A stretch of DNA of 64,000 nt from the NCBI RefSeq assembly GCF_009914755.1, contig NC_060928.1. One strand, written 5' to 3'. Below are positions 16,710-43,121 of this stretch, piece after piece (within the stretch, counting starts at the first letter, position 1; each line of letters opens with the position of its first letter). The notes under the pieces are model-generated. The model did no database searches and was not told the origin of the DNA. It saw only the letters and a program-made list of their open reading frames with translations. The DNA is from the human T2T-CHM13v2.0 reference genome, Homo sapiens. The translations under genes were made by a program, and so were the position numbers.

Positions 16710-16854
16710 TAGTTTGGGGAGGTAAATATCTTCTTCTGTTGGATCTCTGGACTGATGCGATTTCTGCTGATATTGCAGTTAAGTGCATTGGAGCCAGGTC
16801 ATGTAACTACTACCGGGCCTGCCATGAAGTTCATGCTTGGCAGACCTGTAATCA

Positions 16855-17255
<401 letters not shown>

Positions 17256-17665
17256 TTATCTGGTGTGACTCCTGTGAGGCTTTTGCTGGTTTTTGGAAAT
17301 GCTCTAATCCAGTCATTGGACAGGTTCCTGGAAGAGCAGGGTTGGTCCTTGATCACAGCTGAAAAGGTGTGGAACTGATTCATAGGGCTGCTTCAGGATA
17401 CACAGCTAAGACTTCAGCTCTGTTTCTGGGTTCACGGCATTTATGCCTTCAGATTTCTGGGCGGGCAGGACTGCTCCCAGACTCTAGCGGACAGGGAATG
17501 GCGCTGGTTACAGGGCTACTTCAAGATTCATAGTGGGAATAAAGTCAGCCAGCATGCCTATAGGTGTGCTTTTTGGCAGGTTTCAGGCTAGGAAAAACTG
17601 CCCCTGGACTTTGGTTGCATGGACTCGGAGCCAGGTTATAGTGCCACATCAAAATCCACCATCAG

Positions 17666-17972
17666 GGCCAGGTGCAGTGACTCACATCTGTAATCCCTGC
17701 ACTTCGGGAGGCCAAGGTGGGCGGACCACCTGAGGTCAGGAGTTCGAGACCAGCCTGGCCAAATTGGCCAAATCCCATCTCTACTAAAAATACAAAAATT
17801 TGCTGGGCATGGTGGCGGGCATCTGTAATCCCGCTTACTCAGGAGACTGAGGCAGCAGAATTGCTTGAACCTGGGAGCTGGAGGTTGCAGTGAGCAAATA
17901 TCACGCCATTGCACTCTGCAGCCAGGGTGACAGAGTGAGACTCTGTCTCAAAAAAAAAAAAAAAAAAAAAAA
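17666..17972 (+). mobile_element. AluS
   Basis: Full Alu; TSD AAATCCACCAT. Confidence 0.95.
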
Positions 17973-20442
17973 TCCACCATTGAATAAATATTGGCAGGCC
18001 TACATCCAGGGGCACAGATGGATGTTTCTGTGGGTCTCTGTGTGTGCAGGATTTCTTCCACACTATGACTGATCAGGGAAAGGGGTGGGTTTTGGGCTAA
18101 TTTATAGATCACAGGCAGGACCAACATGTCAAGGCCTTTCACCTGAGACACAGGACATTATGAATTCTCCTAAGTGTCTTGGCAGATGGTGATAGTGGCA
18201 GGAACAAAACCAAATGATCTATAGCTATGTTTACAGTGAGAATTATTCATATTTCATTCGGTAGCTGGGACTATGATGGGCAAGCATGCCACTCAAGCAA
18301 GTGCATGCCCTCTTAATACAGCCCTCCTCAGTCTTGGATTCACAATCTTTTACATGGATTTCTAAGTTTTCATAAAGGTTCTTTTGTCAGGGCATAACTG
18401 CTGTATTTTCATAACTAGAAGTTGTGGGTAGAGAACCTCCTATTCTGCCATCTTGCTATGTCACTCCCCTTGTATGTTTCACTTTCTGATATGTTCTATG
18501 CCAAATTATCTGATTTCAAATTCAAAATTTCTGAAATAAAATGCCCAAGTTTACACATTGTGTAATAAGTACATGTATTGACATGGCTCATTTTCATTAG
18601 AGCATTTTATTAATTATTGAGATGCATTTTCTTTTACTGCTTTACATTTCATGCCAAAGATTCAAAATCCTGGCTCTTCAATAAGAACATAGTCACAGTT
18701 AAAAACTGTAGTTATTTAAAGGATTGTTTTTATGGTACATCTGTATATATTTAATATTTTGTGGGTTAGAATTTTTATTGTATTCAACTCCATTTTACTG
18801 GGCAATCTTTTTTCATGTAGATACTCCTTGATTATTTAATTTTTTTCACTTCTAATCTTCATATTTGGTAATTTTCAAATCTATACCTTTAATGATCAAG
18901 TGGTGTTTAATTCAAATAAAAATAATTGGGTTTCACTTGAGGCAATTTAAAATACATTTATAAATCAGACATTTTTATTGCCTATAAAAGTTAGGTGGTA
19001 TTTGCCTGTATAAATAGTGCCCCTCCTTTGATTATAAATTATTTATTTTCTTTGGTGGTCATCAGTGTTTTCTTGTGTAGGTGAGTAGTCAAAAAACAGT
19101 GTAAAGTTACCATCTGTTTATTGTCTTATTACATATTATTCTGTGAGACAAACACTTTTGCAATTTGCAGGTAATTTCTGAGGAATGTAACCTTTTTAAG
19201 TAGGTGTAAATAATAGTTATAAAAAAATAAAATTGCCTTCTTAAACATTTTCAATTGTACGGTCTAGTGATGTTAAGTATATTTACATTATATTGCAATG
19301 GGTGTCTAGATTTATTTTATCTTGTAAAATACAATACCCAATAAAAAATAAACTGCCCCCCTTTTTTTCTTCAGCTCCTGAAGAACACCATTTGACTTAC
19401 TGTTTTTATAATTTTGACTAATTTTTATATTCTTATTAGTGTCATTAATGTCTGTTTCTGTTTGACTATCTTATTTAATGTAATGTTCTCAGGCTTTGTT
19501 TTTGTAAGATATGTCAGAATATCTGTTTTAAAATGAAATAATATTCTATATATATGTCACATTTTAAAAATCCGATACTGATCTGTAAAGGGACATTTGT
19601 GTTGTTTCCAGGAATTGTCTTTTGTAAATAATAATAAATGAACATGCATGTGTAAATATCTATTTAAAGTCCTGCTTTGAATATTCTTGGGATATTTTGG
19701 ATACGATGATGTAGTACCATGTGTATTTTCATGTTTTTGTTTCCTGAGCCTTAGGTGTTATATCCAAAAATGATTGCCAAGACCAGTGCATGAAGCCTTA
19801 TCATTTATTGTTAGATTTCATATATGTGTAAGATCATGTGGTACTTGTCTTGGTGGATCTGGTTTATTTCACTTAATGTAACGGCCTCCAGGTTCATCCG
19901 TGTCCTTGCAAATATCAAATTTTTGTTGTCTTTTATAACTGAATAGTATTTTGTTGTGTATCTGTACTAGATTTTCTTTATCATCTGGCTTTCAATAATT
20001 GGATTGATTCCATATATTGGCTATTATAAATAGTACTATAATAAACATAGGAGTGTAGATGTCTCTTTGACATACTGATTTTGTTTTTTTTAGCTACAAA
20101 GAAAGTAGAACTTTTATATGCTCCAGCAATAGTGTTTAATTTAAAAATTAAAAATAGAACTAACATGCTTCAGCAGTCCTGTTTAATTAAAAAATAGAAC
20201 TAACATATGACCCAACAATTTGAATTTTGTGTGTGTGTGTGTGTGTGTAGTCATCAACATTTTATTGTCTAGGTGATGAGTCAAAGAAACAGTCTAAATT
20301 ACCATATATTGATTGTTTAAATATGTTATCCTGTGATACTTTTTTTCCTATAATGGCTCTACTAACTTACAATTTTACAACTGTATTTGTTTTCTTTTCT
20401 ATACAGTCTCACTAACAATTGTTAGTCTTATTTTTTAATTAA

Positions 20443-22087
<1,645 letters not shown>

Positions 22088-22089
22088 GT

Positions 22090-23285
22090 GATGTGATATT
22101 TTATTGTGGTTTTTAAATTGTTATTTTTGTTTTAAGTTTGTTATATATTCTGTAAGTTTATCTTTTGTCATAAGTATACTTCGCAAATATTTTCTTTCAT
22201 TCTGTAGATTATCTCTTCACTCTGTTGGGATTTTTTTGCTATGCAAAACATTTTTAGTTTTTTGTAGTCACGTTTGCAGATTTTTACATGTACTTTGAGG
22301 TCTTAAACATTTTTTTCTCTGTAATATGTGGTAAAACATTTCTCTATGTTTATTTCAAATAGCTTTATATGTTTGGGTTTCCCAAACATATAAATCTTTA
22401 TTTGTGATTGAGTTTTTTATATCAAAAGAGGTAGGGGCCTAGGTTTATTTTTTACTTTTTTTGATTATCATGTAGATACTCAGTTTTCCTTGCACTATTT
22501 ATTGAAAAGACTCTCTTTCACTGCTCCAATGTGTGTTCTAGACATCTTTGTTTAAAATCCCTTGGCTCTAGGTTCATGGATTTATTACTGGGCTCACTGG
22601 ATACTGTCATCTGTCTATTTTTATGCCAGAATCATGCTCCTTTGCTTATTGTAGCTTTATATTATATTATGGAGTCAGGTAGTGTGATGTCTCCAGCTTT
22701 ATTCTTTTTGCTCAGGATTTCTTTGGCTATTTGGGGGTCTTTGGTAGTTCCCTATAACGTTTAAGCTTGTTTTTTCCATTTCTGTGAAAAAAGTCATTGA
22801 TATTATGATAGAGATTGCATTGAATCTGTAGATCACCTTGGGTAGTATAGCAACTTTCATAATAATTTTTCAATTCATGAGCATAAAAATCTTTCAGTTT
22901 TTCATTTCTTTTTCAGATTTTTATCAATGATTTATAATTTTCAGTGTAGAGTGTTCAGCTTTTTAATGAAGTTTGCTGCTAGACATCTCTTTTTTATTGA
23001 GGATGCAGAAGCAGCATTTGGCAAAATTCAACATGCATTTGTGATTTAAGAAACTCAACAAATTAGGTATAGATGGTATGTAGCTCAACACAAGAAGGGC
23101 CACATTTGACAAATCTATGGCTGAACAAATCTGTATACTGAACAGAAATCTATATACTGACAAATCTATATACTGAACAGAACAAAAAAAGCAGAAAATG
23201 TTTTATTTGAAATTTGGGACAAGACAAGGATGTTATTTGATATTATAATTGTGTATGACAATATTCAACTGTGTACACTATAAGA
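22090..23285. mobile_element. Old L1 fragment with an internal inversion near 22998 (minus strand, then plus strand)
   Basis: Antisense ORF2 sequence switches to sense RT-region sequence (DAEAAFGKIQH-like). Confidence 0.6.
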
Positions 23286-23288
23286 CAG

Positions 23289-25536
23289 TGATATGGTTTG
23301 ATTGTGTCCCCACCCAAATCTCATCTTGAATTATGGCTTTCATAATTCCCATGTGTTGTGGGAGATAATTAAGTCATGGGGGCAGTTTCCCCCATACTGT
23401 TCTCATGGTGGTGAATAAGTCTCAGGAGATCTGATAATTTTATAAGGTTTCCCCTTTTGTTTGGCTCTCATTCTGTCTTGCCTCCTGCCATATATGACAT
23501 GACTTTTGGCTTCTGCCATGATTTTGAGGCCTCCCCAGCCACATGGAACTGTGAGTCCATTAAACCTCTTTTTCTTTATAGATTATCCAATCTCAGGTAT
23601 GTCTTTATCAGCAGTGTGAAAATGGACTTCTGCAGTAAATTGGTACCAGTAGAGTTGGGAACTGCACCTGAAAATGTGGAAGTGACTCTGGAACTGGGTA
23701 ACAGGCAGAGGTTGGAACAGCTTGGAGGGCTGAGAAGGAGACAGGAAAATGTGGGAAAGTTTGGAACTTCCTGGAGATGTGTTGTATGGCTTTGACCAAA
23801 GTGCTAATAATGATATGGACAATGAAATCCAGTCCAAGGTGCTCTCAGGTGGAGATGAGGAACTTGGGAAATGCAGTAAAGGTGTCTCTTGCCATGTTTT
23901 AGCAGAAAGACTGGTGGCATTCTGCTCCTGCACTAGAGATCTGTGGAACTTTGAACTTGAGGGAAATGACTTAGGGTATCTGGTAGAAGAAATTCCTAAC
24001 CCATAAAGCATTCATGAGGTGACTTGGGTGCTGTTAAAAGCATTCAGTTTTAAAAGGGAAACAGCATGAAAGTTCAGAAATTCTACAGCCTGATGATGTG
24101 ATAGACAAGAAAAACCCATTTTCTGAAGGGAAATTCAAGCTCACTGCAGAAATTCGCATAAGTAATGAGGAGCCAAATGTTAATCACTAAGACACTGGGA
24201 AAAATGTCTCTAGGGCATTTCAGAGAACTTTGTGATAGCTTCTCCCATCACAGGCCCAGAGGCCTAAGAGGGAAATAATTTTATGGGTTGGGCCTAGGCC
24301 CCCCTTCCTAGGGCGTTGGTGCCCTGTGTCCCAGCTACTCTACCCATAGCTAAACAGGGTCAAGGTACAGCTTAGGCCTTGGCTTCAGAGGGTCCAAGCC
24401 CCAAGCCTTGGTAGGTTCCATGTGATCTTGAGCCTGCAGGTACACAGAAGTCAAAAGCGAGGTTTGGAAACCTCTGCCTACATTTCAGAATATGTATACA
24501 AATGCCTGACTGTCAAGTTTGCTGCAGGGGTGTGGCCCTCATGGAGAACCTCTGCTAGGGCAGTGCAGAAGGGAAATGTGGGGTTGGAGCCCCCACACAG
24601 AGTCCCCACTGGGGCACTGCCTAGTGGAGCTGTGAGAAGCAGGCCACTGTCCTCCAGGCCCCAGAATGATAGATCCACTGATAGCTCGCACCATGCACCT
24701 GTAAAATCCACAGACACTCAACACCAGCCCATGAAAGCAGCCAGGAGACTGACTGTACCCTGCAAAGCCACAGGGGTGGAGCTGCTCAAGATCATGGGAA
24801 CCTATTTCTTGCATCAATGTGACCTGGGTGTGAGACATGGAGTCAAAGGACATCATTTTGGAGCTTTAAGATTTGACTGCCTTGCTGAATTTTGGCCTTG
24901 CATGGGGCCTCTAACTTCCTTGTTTTGGCCAATTTCTCTTACTTGGTATGGGTGTATTTACCCAATGCCTGCACCCCCATTGTGTCTAGGAAATAACTAA
25001 CTTGCTTTTGATTTTACAGGCTCATAGGTGGAAGGGACTTACTTTCTCTCAATGAGACTTGACTGTGGACTTGTGAGTTCAACCTGAAATGAGTTAAGAC
25101 TTTGGGGGACTGTTGGGAAGGCATAATTTGTTTTGAAATGTGAGGACATGAGATTTGGGAAGAACCAGGGGTGGAATGATAGGGTTTGGCTGTGTCTTCA
25201 GCCAAATCTCATTTTGAATTATAGCTTCCATAATTCCCATGTGTTGTGGGAGGGACCCAGTGGGAGATAATTGAATCAGGGCAGTGGTTTTTCCCATACT
25301 GTTTTTACAGTAGTGAATGACTCATGAGACCTGATGGTTTTTATAAGAGGTTTCCCCATTTGTTTGGTTCTTATTCTCTTTCGTCTACCACCATGTAAGA
25401 TGTGCCTTTCACTTTGTACCTCCCACAATGATTTTGAGGCCACCCCAGCCACATGTGAGTCCATTAAACCTTTTTTTCTTATAAATTACCCCATCTTTGG
25501 GTATGTTTATCAGCAGTATGAAAATGGACTAATACA
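23289..25536 (+). mobile_element. Complete THE1 MaLR element (LTR 23289-23634, internal region, LTR 25177-25536)
   Basis: Two THE1 LTRs; internal region starts GTAAATTGGTACC; 5-bp TSD GACAG. Confidence 0.92.
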
Positions 25537-26403
25537 GACAGTGTGGAGCACAAGTCAAATATGCATCAGTGATATGTCTATTTCCAATATAAGTCTCTGT
25601 GTTTGTTTATCTGTATTTGTATTGTTCCTGCATTGTTTATAAGTTGTATACTTGCTCTGTTTGTGTGTATACAATGATCATTTTACCCTGTCTAGGTGAG
25701 TTGTCATTGAAATACTTCTAATTTTACCCTCTATTTATTTGTGAATCTATATTTTTATGTGTGGGAGAGCACTTTTGTGATTAGAAGATAATTTCAAAAG
25801 CCATCATACCTCTGTATCTCTTCTAGATATTACTATTTTTAATTGTCAAAAAAACAAACTTTACAATCTTAAATATTTTTAATACTCAGTCATATTATAT
25901 TGACATTGTTATGCATTGTATCTCTAGAATGTGTCTTGCAAAGCTAAAATCACTCTACACATTAAAAAACCATGTATTTCTGTTTTCTGGCGCTTTGCAA
26001 AAACAATTGCTTTCTATTTCAGAATCAGACTGTTTTAGATAGCTTATGTAAGTTGATTCATATAGTTTCTGTCTCTTTGTGGCTGACTTATTTCATGTTG
26101 CACAATTTCATTAAGATTTATTTTTATTTCATTAGATTATTTTTTGCTTCTAAAAAACTAATATTAATATTTCAAATTATATTTATCCATCTGATGAGAG
26201 ACATTTGCATTACTTTCGTTTATTTGCTTCAGTAACAGTGCTGCAATAATTATGAGTGTACAAATTACTCTTCATGTGACCATGTATATGAGAGTTTATG
26301 TTTGTGCTGGATTTAATCTTATCCATCTAGCTGTTCCGCTTATACTCATACTAAATTGTTTCAATTTTTAGCTTTGTATGTGTTTTGAAATCAGGAGCTG
26401 TGA

Positions 26404-26764
<361 letters not shown>

Positions 26765-28351
26765 TTGTTGTTTTTCTTATTGAAGATCGCTTGGTGCTAC
26801 ATTGTCTCTTGAAATTTTATCTAATTTTGGGGTTGCTGTTTCTATTTCTGGAAAAACTCGATTAGAAATTTGACAGGGATTGCATTTAATCTGATTATTA
26901 CATTCAACAGTCCAGATGGCTTCATAATATTAAATATTTCAAACATTGAACAAGAGCATGCTAAAGAGTATATTGTTTGCTTTCTATAATTATGTAAGAT
27001 TTTCAGTTTTTTTATTCTACTCTCTTTCCAGTTTGGTCATAAAAAGTAATCTGTAAAATTTTAATTTAAAAAAATTTGTTGAGGGTCTTTTTGTGGCCTA
27101 ACCGGTGGTTTATCAAGAAGACTTTTGTATGAGCTATTGAGAAGGGTGTGTATTCTGCTGTCATTGAGCAGTGTTTTCTACAATTCTGTTAGGCATAATT
27201 TTTTAATACTGCTTTCAAGTCTTCTGCTCCCTTATGAATATTGTCTTTTTGTTTTATTCATTACAGAAATTGGGGTATCAAAATATCCTAGTATAATTAT
27301 ATTGCTTTGTATATCTTGGCTTTACTTCTGTCAGTATTTGCTTTATATATTTGAAACCCTAATGTGAGATACACACACACACATTAATATGTATATATAC
27401 ACACATTTGTCATGGGTTTCCAGTAAATGAACACTTTCATTATTGTTTAATGTCCTTTGTCTCTTATAAGCTTTTAGTTAAGGCATATTTTATGAAATAG
27501 GACAGTTTTTCACTTAAGATGCACTTTGTGTAATATAATTTTGACCTCTTATTTGGTTATTTGCATGAAATGTCTTTTTTCATCTTGCCTTGTCTCCTTC
27601 CTTTAATCATTAGATTTTAAGTGACTTGTAGAAAAGCAGGTTGGATCTTGTTTTTTTAATTGTTAAAATTTTTTTATTCAGTGCATGTATTTTGAATGGA
27701 AAGTTTACTTCATAAATATTTAAATAATTTGCTGACAGAAAGGCTTACTAATATTATTTTATTGTTTTACTTGATAATTTTATCTTTGTCCCTTATTTTC
27801 TGTCTTTGTGTCTTTTTGATTTTTGTATTGATAGGCCCTTCTTGTTTTTTGAGTATCTCTACAGATCCTTTTTTATTTGATATCTTGGGAATTACATAAA
27901 ATTTCTTAAATTTAAAATAATATATTTTAAACTGGTAAGAACTTAACTTTAGTTGCATGTTGAAATTCTTCCTCATTATATCTGCCCTCAACTTTATTAT
28001 TGATGTCACTAATCATATTTTTATTTTGCATATTAACAGTTTATGATTAAGGGGTTTTTTTGTTTGCTTTTATCTTTCACATTTTGGAGAATAAAATATT
28101 TTCTGTGCTATCATGATAATGATATAGAACTTTATATTTTTGTATGTGCATATCTTTCCTAGAAAATTATGTTTTCATATGATTATGTTTTGTTTTCTTG
28201 CATTATGTTATTTTCAGTGAAAGATACTTTCTTTAGCCTTTTTTTTTTTTGCAAGGCAGATGTAGTGCTAATATACTTTTTCAGCATTTGGTTATCTTGC
28301 AAGGTCTTTACTTTTTCTTCATTTTTAGGACAGTTTTGCTGGTTATATTAG

Positions 28352-28680
<329 letters not shown>

Positions 28681-29868
28681 GAAGCTATTTTTCTTTCACC
28701 ACTTTATATTACAATTCCATGACATCTGGAATTTTTTTTTTTTGACAGATTCACTGGTTATCTTATAAGACCACACTTATTTATAAATGACACATCACTT
28801 TTACCTTGTAACTCCTAAGATTCTCTTCTTGTCTTTGACTTTTGAAACTTTGCTTGTATGTGTCTTGTTATAAATCTCTATGTGTGTATCCTAGTTGAAG
28901 CTTGTGGAGCATCTTCAGTTTTTACATCCTTTTTTTACTTTTGAAAATGTCTCAGTCATTATTGTTGTATTTTTCACCTTCATGACTTGTTTTTTATATT
29001 TTTAATGTTTTCATTGATATTCTTATTTTTCTGATTTTATAAATTGTATATGTTTCTATTTCACTCATTGAGCATTATTCAGGTTAAACTTTTAAATTTT
29101 GAATATCTTCATTATTTATAGTTGTTTTCTGAAAATTTTCAAATTTTTTAATTGGGCCATGTTGCCCTAGTATTTTGCCTACATTGTAATATTGTTATTT
29201 GAACATGAACTAAAAGCTATTTGTCACAATCTTTACAATGTTGCCTTGTCCTCACATAGTCTGAAACCAGTTGTCTTTGATAGAGATTATGGGAGCCTCT
29301 CATACATGTTGTAAGGGTGTGTCTTGTCTAGAATTTTGTGTTTATTCTTCAGTTAAAAGAGTTTGTTCATGTTTCTTCTTATGGTTTCTAATCACTTGCT
29401 CTACCTGTTCCCTGTTTTTAGCACTGCTGTCTGCTCATGAAACATTTACCTTTGGTCTCAGCAGACTCACCACCATTTCTTTCAGCACCCTGTATTATTG
29501 GAGACAGAAACCAGCTTTTGTAATAATTTCCAAAAACCAGAAGTAGGAATGCGTGTGTCACTATTTTTCCTCTAAGAAGCCAGGTGTTGGCAGTTTACTC
29601 CTAAAGCACAATGCTATATTTGTGGGAAGGAAGAGCTGCAGTGGGTAAATGTAACATACTTTACTTCGTGTTTTATGTGGCTCTTGGAATTGTGCTTACC
29701 TGAGGCATTGCACATAATTAACTCATTTATAGATTTCACACAAAGGCATTTTGGTCAGTATGTTTTTGTTATATATGTCTGTAAAGAAATTATGGCCTGT
29801 GGTATTTACTGAGCATCTTACTGATATACTTTGTATAATTTTATATATTAGATTTGTAATTGTATTAG

Positions 29869-31467
<1,599 letters not shown>

Positions 31468-32230
31468 AAATGTGAAGAATGTGGGAGCCTTTAAGTCTTC
31501 CTCAGTCTTTTCTAATCATAATTCATACTGGAGAGAAACTCTACACATGAAAAAATTGACAAAGCTTTTAACCGCAACTCAATCTGTTCTAAACATAAGA
31601 GAAATGGTATTGGTGAGAAGCCATAAAAATATGAAAAATGTGGAAAAGCCTTCAAATGCTTGTCACATCTTACTGAATATAATTCTTACTGCAGAAAACC
31701 CCTAGGAATATTAAAAGTGTGGCAAAACCTTTAACCAATGCTCATATCTCTTTGCACATGATAGCATTTATACTTGAGAAAAATTGTACAAATATAGAAA
31801 ATGTAGAAAAGCCATTAATGCCTACTCATGTGTTACTAAATATCAGAGAGTTTGTACTTAATAAAAGGATTATAAATGTAGTATTTGTTGAAAGACCTAT
31901 TAGAAAATACAGGTCTTAAAAGTGAAGAAGAGTATTCTGAAGATAGACAATAGAAATAGTAAGAGGGTTGTAGTACCTGTACTTGCATCATGGGTCTTAT
32001 TGTGCATATTTCATACTAGAAGAAAACCCTGAAGCAGTTGCCCAAACTTTCTTTGACATTAGAGAATTTATATTGGAAAGAAATTTTACAAATGTAATAA
32101 ATTTGGAAAAGCATTTGTTCAAAAACTATAGCTTAAAAAAAACCAGTTTATACTAGAAGATATTTTGTAGATGCGGTAAGTATGAAAAGATAGTCTGAAA
32201 TTAAGACTAAATGTCAGAATATTTACAGTA
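31468..32230 (+). pseudogene. Degenerate zinc-finger repeats in the 3' UTR
   Basis: Recurring AAATGTGAAGAATGTGG and CATACTGGAGAGAAA-like units with stops and frameshifts. Confidence 0.85.
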
Positions 32231-32500
32231 GAAAGAAAAAGGCATTAACACTTGAAACATTACAGTATATCAGAGTGTAAAGTATAAAAAAATTCCAAAG
32301 CTGAAACTGTTAGATAATTTCTTTCTATATAAGTTGAAAAGGAGTAGCTTTTTGAAATTATTCCATTGAAATTATACTTTTTTTACCTGAAAAAATTATA
32401 GATTTTTTGAAAAGCAAATTCAACTCTAAAATTACTTCATACTGATTCAACTTATTGTTTATATGAAAGCATGTGATGAATTGTTGCATCAGAGGTATGA

Positions 32501-32814
<314 letters not shown>

Positions 32815-32971
32815 ATTCATGAACTTTTACATGAATGAGTAAGGACATTGAAAGATGCATGAGATGATGCATACATCTTTGTGGTTGACTTATCATTGCA
32901 TGATGCATGACGTACATGTTCAGAGTAATATTCTTCTGCATTATAGTGAGAGAAAAATCTTGAATTTTAGT

Positions 32972-33010
32972 AATAAATTGCTTTTACCAGTTGCACATTT
33001 ATGTAATAAA
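32972..33010 (+). terminator. Candidate polyadenylation signals (AATAAA at 32972 and 33005; others at 31860, 32096 and 33481)
   Basis: Motif only; the site actually used cannot be determined from sequence. Confidence 0.35.
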
Positions 33011-34861
33011 ATACAGTAAATTTTAAAATTCTCTTTTAAGATTGTGTGTGAACCTTACTCAAGGGTGTAGGTAAAAAATGGTAACAGTATACTTTTAGTA
33101 ACATAGTTTAATGACATTTCTAGTAATTTCTTTTTCCAGTGGCTTTAAACACCAAATAAGTTGAAGAATATTGTTCTCATGTTAAATTTTTATTATTTTT
33201 TATATTTAAATTTATTTTTAAAAATTTATGTGGGTACATGGTATGTGTATACATTCATGGCATAGATGGGTTACTTTGATACAGACATGCAACATGTAAT
33301 CACATCAGAGTAAATGAGTTATTCATCACCTCAAGCATTTATCCTTTGTATTACAAACAATCCAATTATACACTTCATTTTTAAATGTACAATTAAATTA
33401 TTTTTTATTACAGGTAATTTTATGATTGTATTTAGAATTATATCAGAATATAATTATAATTTAGACATTTCTGTGTCCTGAATAAATATGTTTTTAAATG
33501 TTCCATATTTTTCTTTGGACATTTGGCATCTCTTCTGGCAAACATGTACAGACTTCTAGTTTTGATTTACATGGAGATAAATATATAAACATATTGCTGT
33601 AAGATAAACCTTAGGTGTAAAAAAATTGTAGACCAAGCAATTGTGTTTGGAAATTTGTACCTATTTTCCAAAGAAAATAGCAACATTGGGACAAAAAATA
33701 TTCTTTTAATAATATATATAACTTACTAGAAACATAAAAACCTAAAATATTCTGGAATCAAATCTACACTATATTCTTTGTATTTAATTAATTGCTGTAG
33801 AATCTAATGGATCATTGTTGAGAATCTCCTTGTGCAAATTATCTGTTTTGTCTTATACTCATGCTAGTGATATAATTCACTTGTTTCTCATAGTTTTTTG
33901 TTTTAACTTCATTAAGTATTTATTGTGTGAGCTGGTCAGAAATTATAAGAATGATTTTTATAAAATTTAGTAGAGCCCACAAAATAAATTTAAGATGTTC
34001 ACAATGTGTGTGTTAAGTAACATTTAGTTAGAATATTTTGTTTAATTGGGGAACCATATATAAGCTGTTTAGTTACTGTTCCTTTCACTTTTTATAATCA
34101 ACATAATTGAGTTTATTTATTGGGCCAATTCAAGTAAGTACTGGGAACACTTTATAACTTATGAGGATGTTTTGATATGTAATTGCAGTGAACAAACATA
34201 AGAAAGTGATAGGTGTGTAATAGCTGCTCCATAATTAGGTATAAATATTTTTCTGGAGTTTATTTGTAGGTCCAAGTAAGAGATTGAAAATATCTGTGGT
34301 GAAGAAATGGTATTAATTCTGTATGTTAAGAGGACATCTGTTCCCAGGCTGTAAAAGTGACTCATTCTGAATTTAAAGAAGATTTCAGTGTTTATATTCT
34401 AATTATCTTCAGTTTTTTGATGTCTTTATGTGTTCATCCTCAGCTGTGTGTACCTCACAGCCCTTCTCCTGATTTGTGTTAGTTTTTTCACTGTTCTCTT
34501 CATGCCATGTAATTTCACATGGATTTTCTAGGTTCTCATGAAAAGTTTGGATTTGTTTTAATGTGGTAAATTACTGTTTTTAAGTGGGGTGTTTGAGGGT
34601 ATTTATAGCTTATCAGTGCAACATTTAGATTACTTAAGAGTCATTTACTGTTCACATGTAAAAGGATTAAGGCAGTCAGCATTGTTTTTCTCTGTAAAAG
34701 AAAAATTTTATGAAATTCTAAACAAAGTATGTTAAATGAAACATAAGCTAGAATAGGTAAAGCATCAATATGAGTGGGTTGCATATTGTAAGCATCATAT
34801 GAAGAAACTCATCCAAATTTTGAAATCTCTTAGAAGAAAATGTCTTAGAAATTAATTTCTA

Positions 34862-41337
<6,476 letters not shown>

Positions 41338-42037
41338 GAGATATTTTACATTAACTTTCTATGACATACTTATAGCAAAACTTATTTTTTCATGCAGAAT
41401 AGTCTATATTCTATATTTATTGTAAAGCATATACCGTACATGGTGACTAGTCACCATGCTGTACAATAAATTTTCTGAACTTAGTCAACTGTATTTACGT
41501 ATTATTTTACAGAGATCTCTCCAAATGCCTCTTTTTTTCTGAATAAACAAGCATCCAGTAACCAGCATTTTGCCGTCTGGCTTATTTCACTTGGCATAAT
41601 GTACTCTAAATTTATCCATATTGTTTCAAATGACAAGATTTTTTCTCTTTTATTACCAAGTAGTATTTCATTGTGTGTAAACACATTTTTAAAAATTTAA
41701 ATATATAGTCATCTATTGGTTGAAAAACTCATGTAATGAAAATACATTTGTGTTAAAGCATGTATTAATGTAATTCAGCATGTAAAATTTTATTAATCAT
41801 AGCTAATTTGTGCCAAACACTAAAACTCTATGTGTGTTAATAAATTTAATTCTCACAGTAACTCAATAACATAGGTACTTATTTTACGGAGAAAGATACA
41901 GAGCCACAGAGAAAAATGACTTGGTCACATTGCAAAACCAGTATTAAAACACAAGCAACTTTGACTTCAGAAATAACTCTTGTCTATTATAGTAAACACC
42001 TTCTTCAAACAAAATAAATGATTAACAACCATTCTTA

Positions 42038-42465
<428 letters not shown>

Positions 42466-43121
42466 CTAGAAATTGCCCTTTGGTACTGACATGTACTTGG
42501 GAACAACTTTTTTTTTCAACTGCCCTTCCCCACCCCTCCAGCAACTCCGTACTTACAGCATAATTTTAAACTAAACCTGTAGTCAGCAAATGCTGTAATG
42601 TAATTAAATATTATTTACTACAAACACAAGCAGTATACTCTGATTTTATTACCTTCGTTAATACAAATTTATTTATTGAGCTATTTCACTCGTTTAGTTT
42701 CCATTGTGCCCATTTCTCAGCTTTGCTGAAATACTACTACCTATAATTATTTCCACCAAAATCGTTTTCTATTTGTTTATAAAACTTTAAATTTTTAATC
42801 TTTGGGAACCTCAGCTCAGCAGTCAGAGCTCTTAGTCCTGACAAGAGCCCTAGAACTAGGAAAGAAACCAATAGTTACTATTTATACACAGTTCAAATGT
42901 GCCCTTTTAGTTTTCCACACTTAACAGCCATCTGAAAAGAAAAAGGAATTTTTGACAGCAAAGGATACTTCTGTTAAATATGGGTCGCAGGTTTTTACCC
43001 TATCCCAGGCTGTCCACCTACTACAAAAGTAGCTGTAGTTCATTGGTGGGGCTACCAGAAGGGCCAAGATAAAATTGCCCAGAGAAACAGGAGGGCTGAC
43101 CAAGCAGCTAGGGCCACCACC

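Noticed and set aside
24422-25000. 192-aa ORF
   Set aside because: Generic THE1 internal-region open frame with a non-AUG start; no evidence of a host gene
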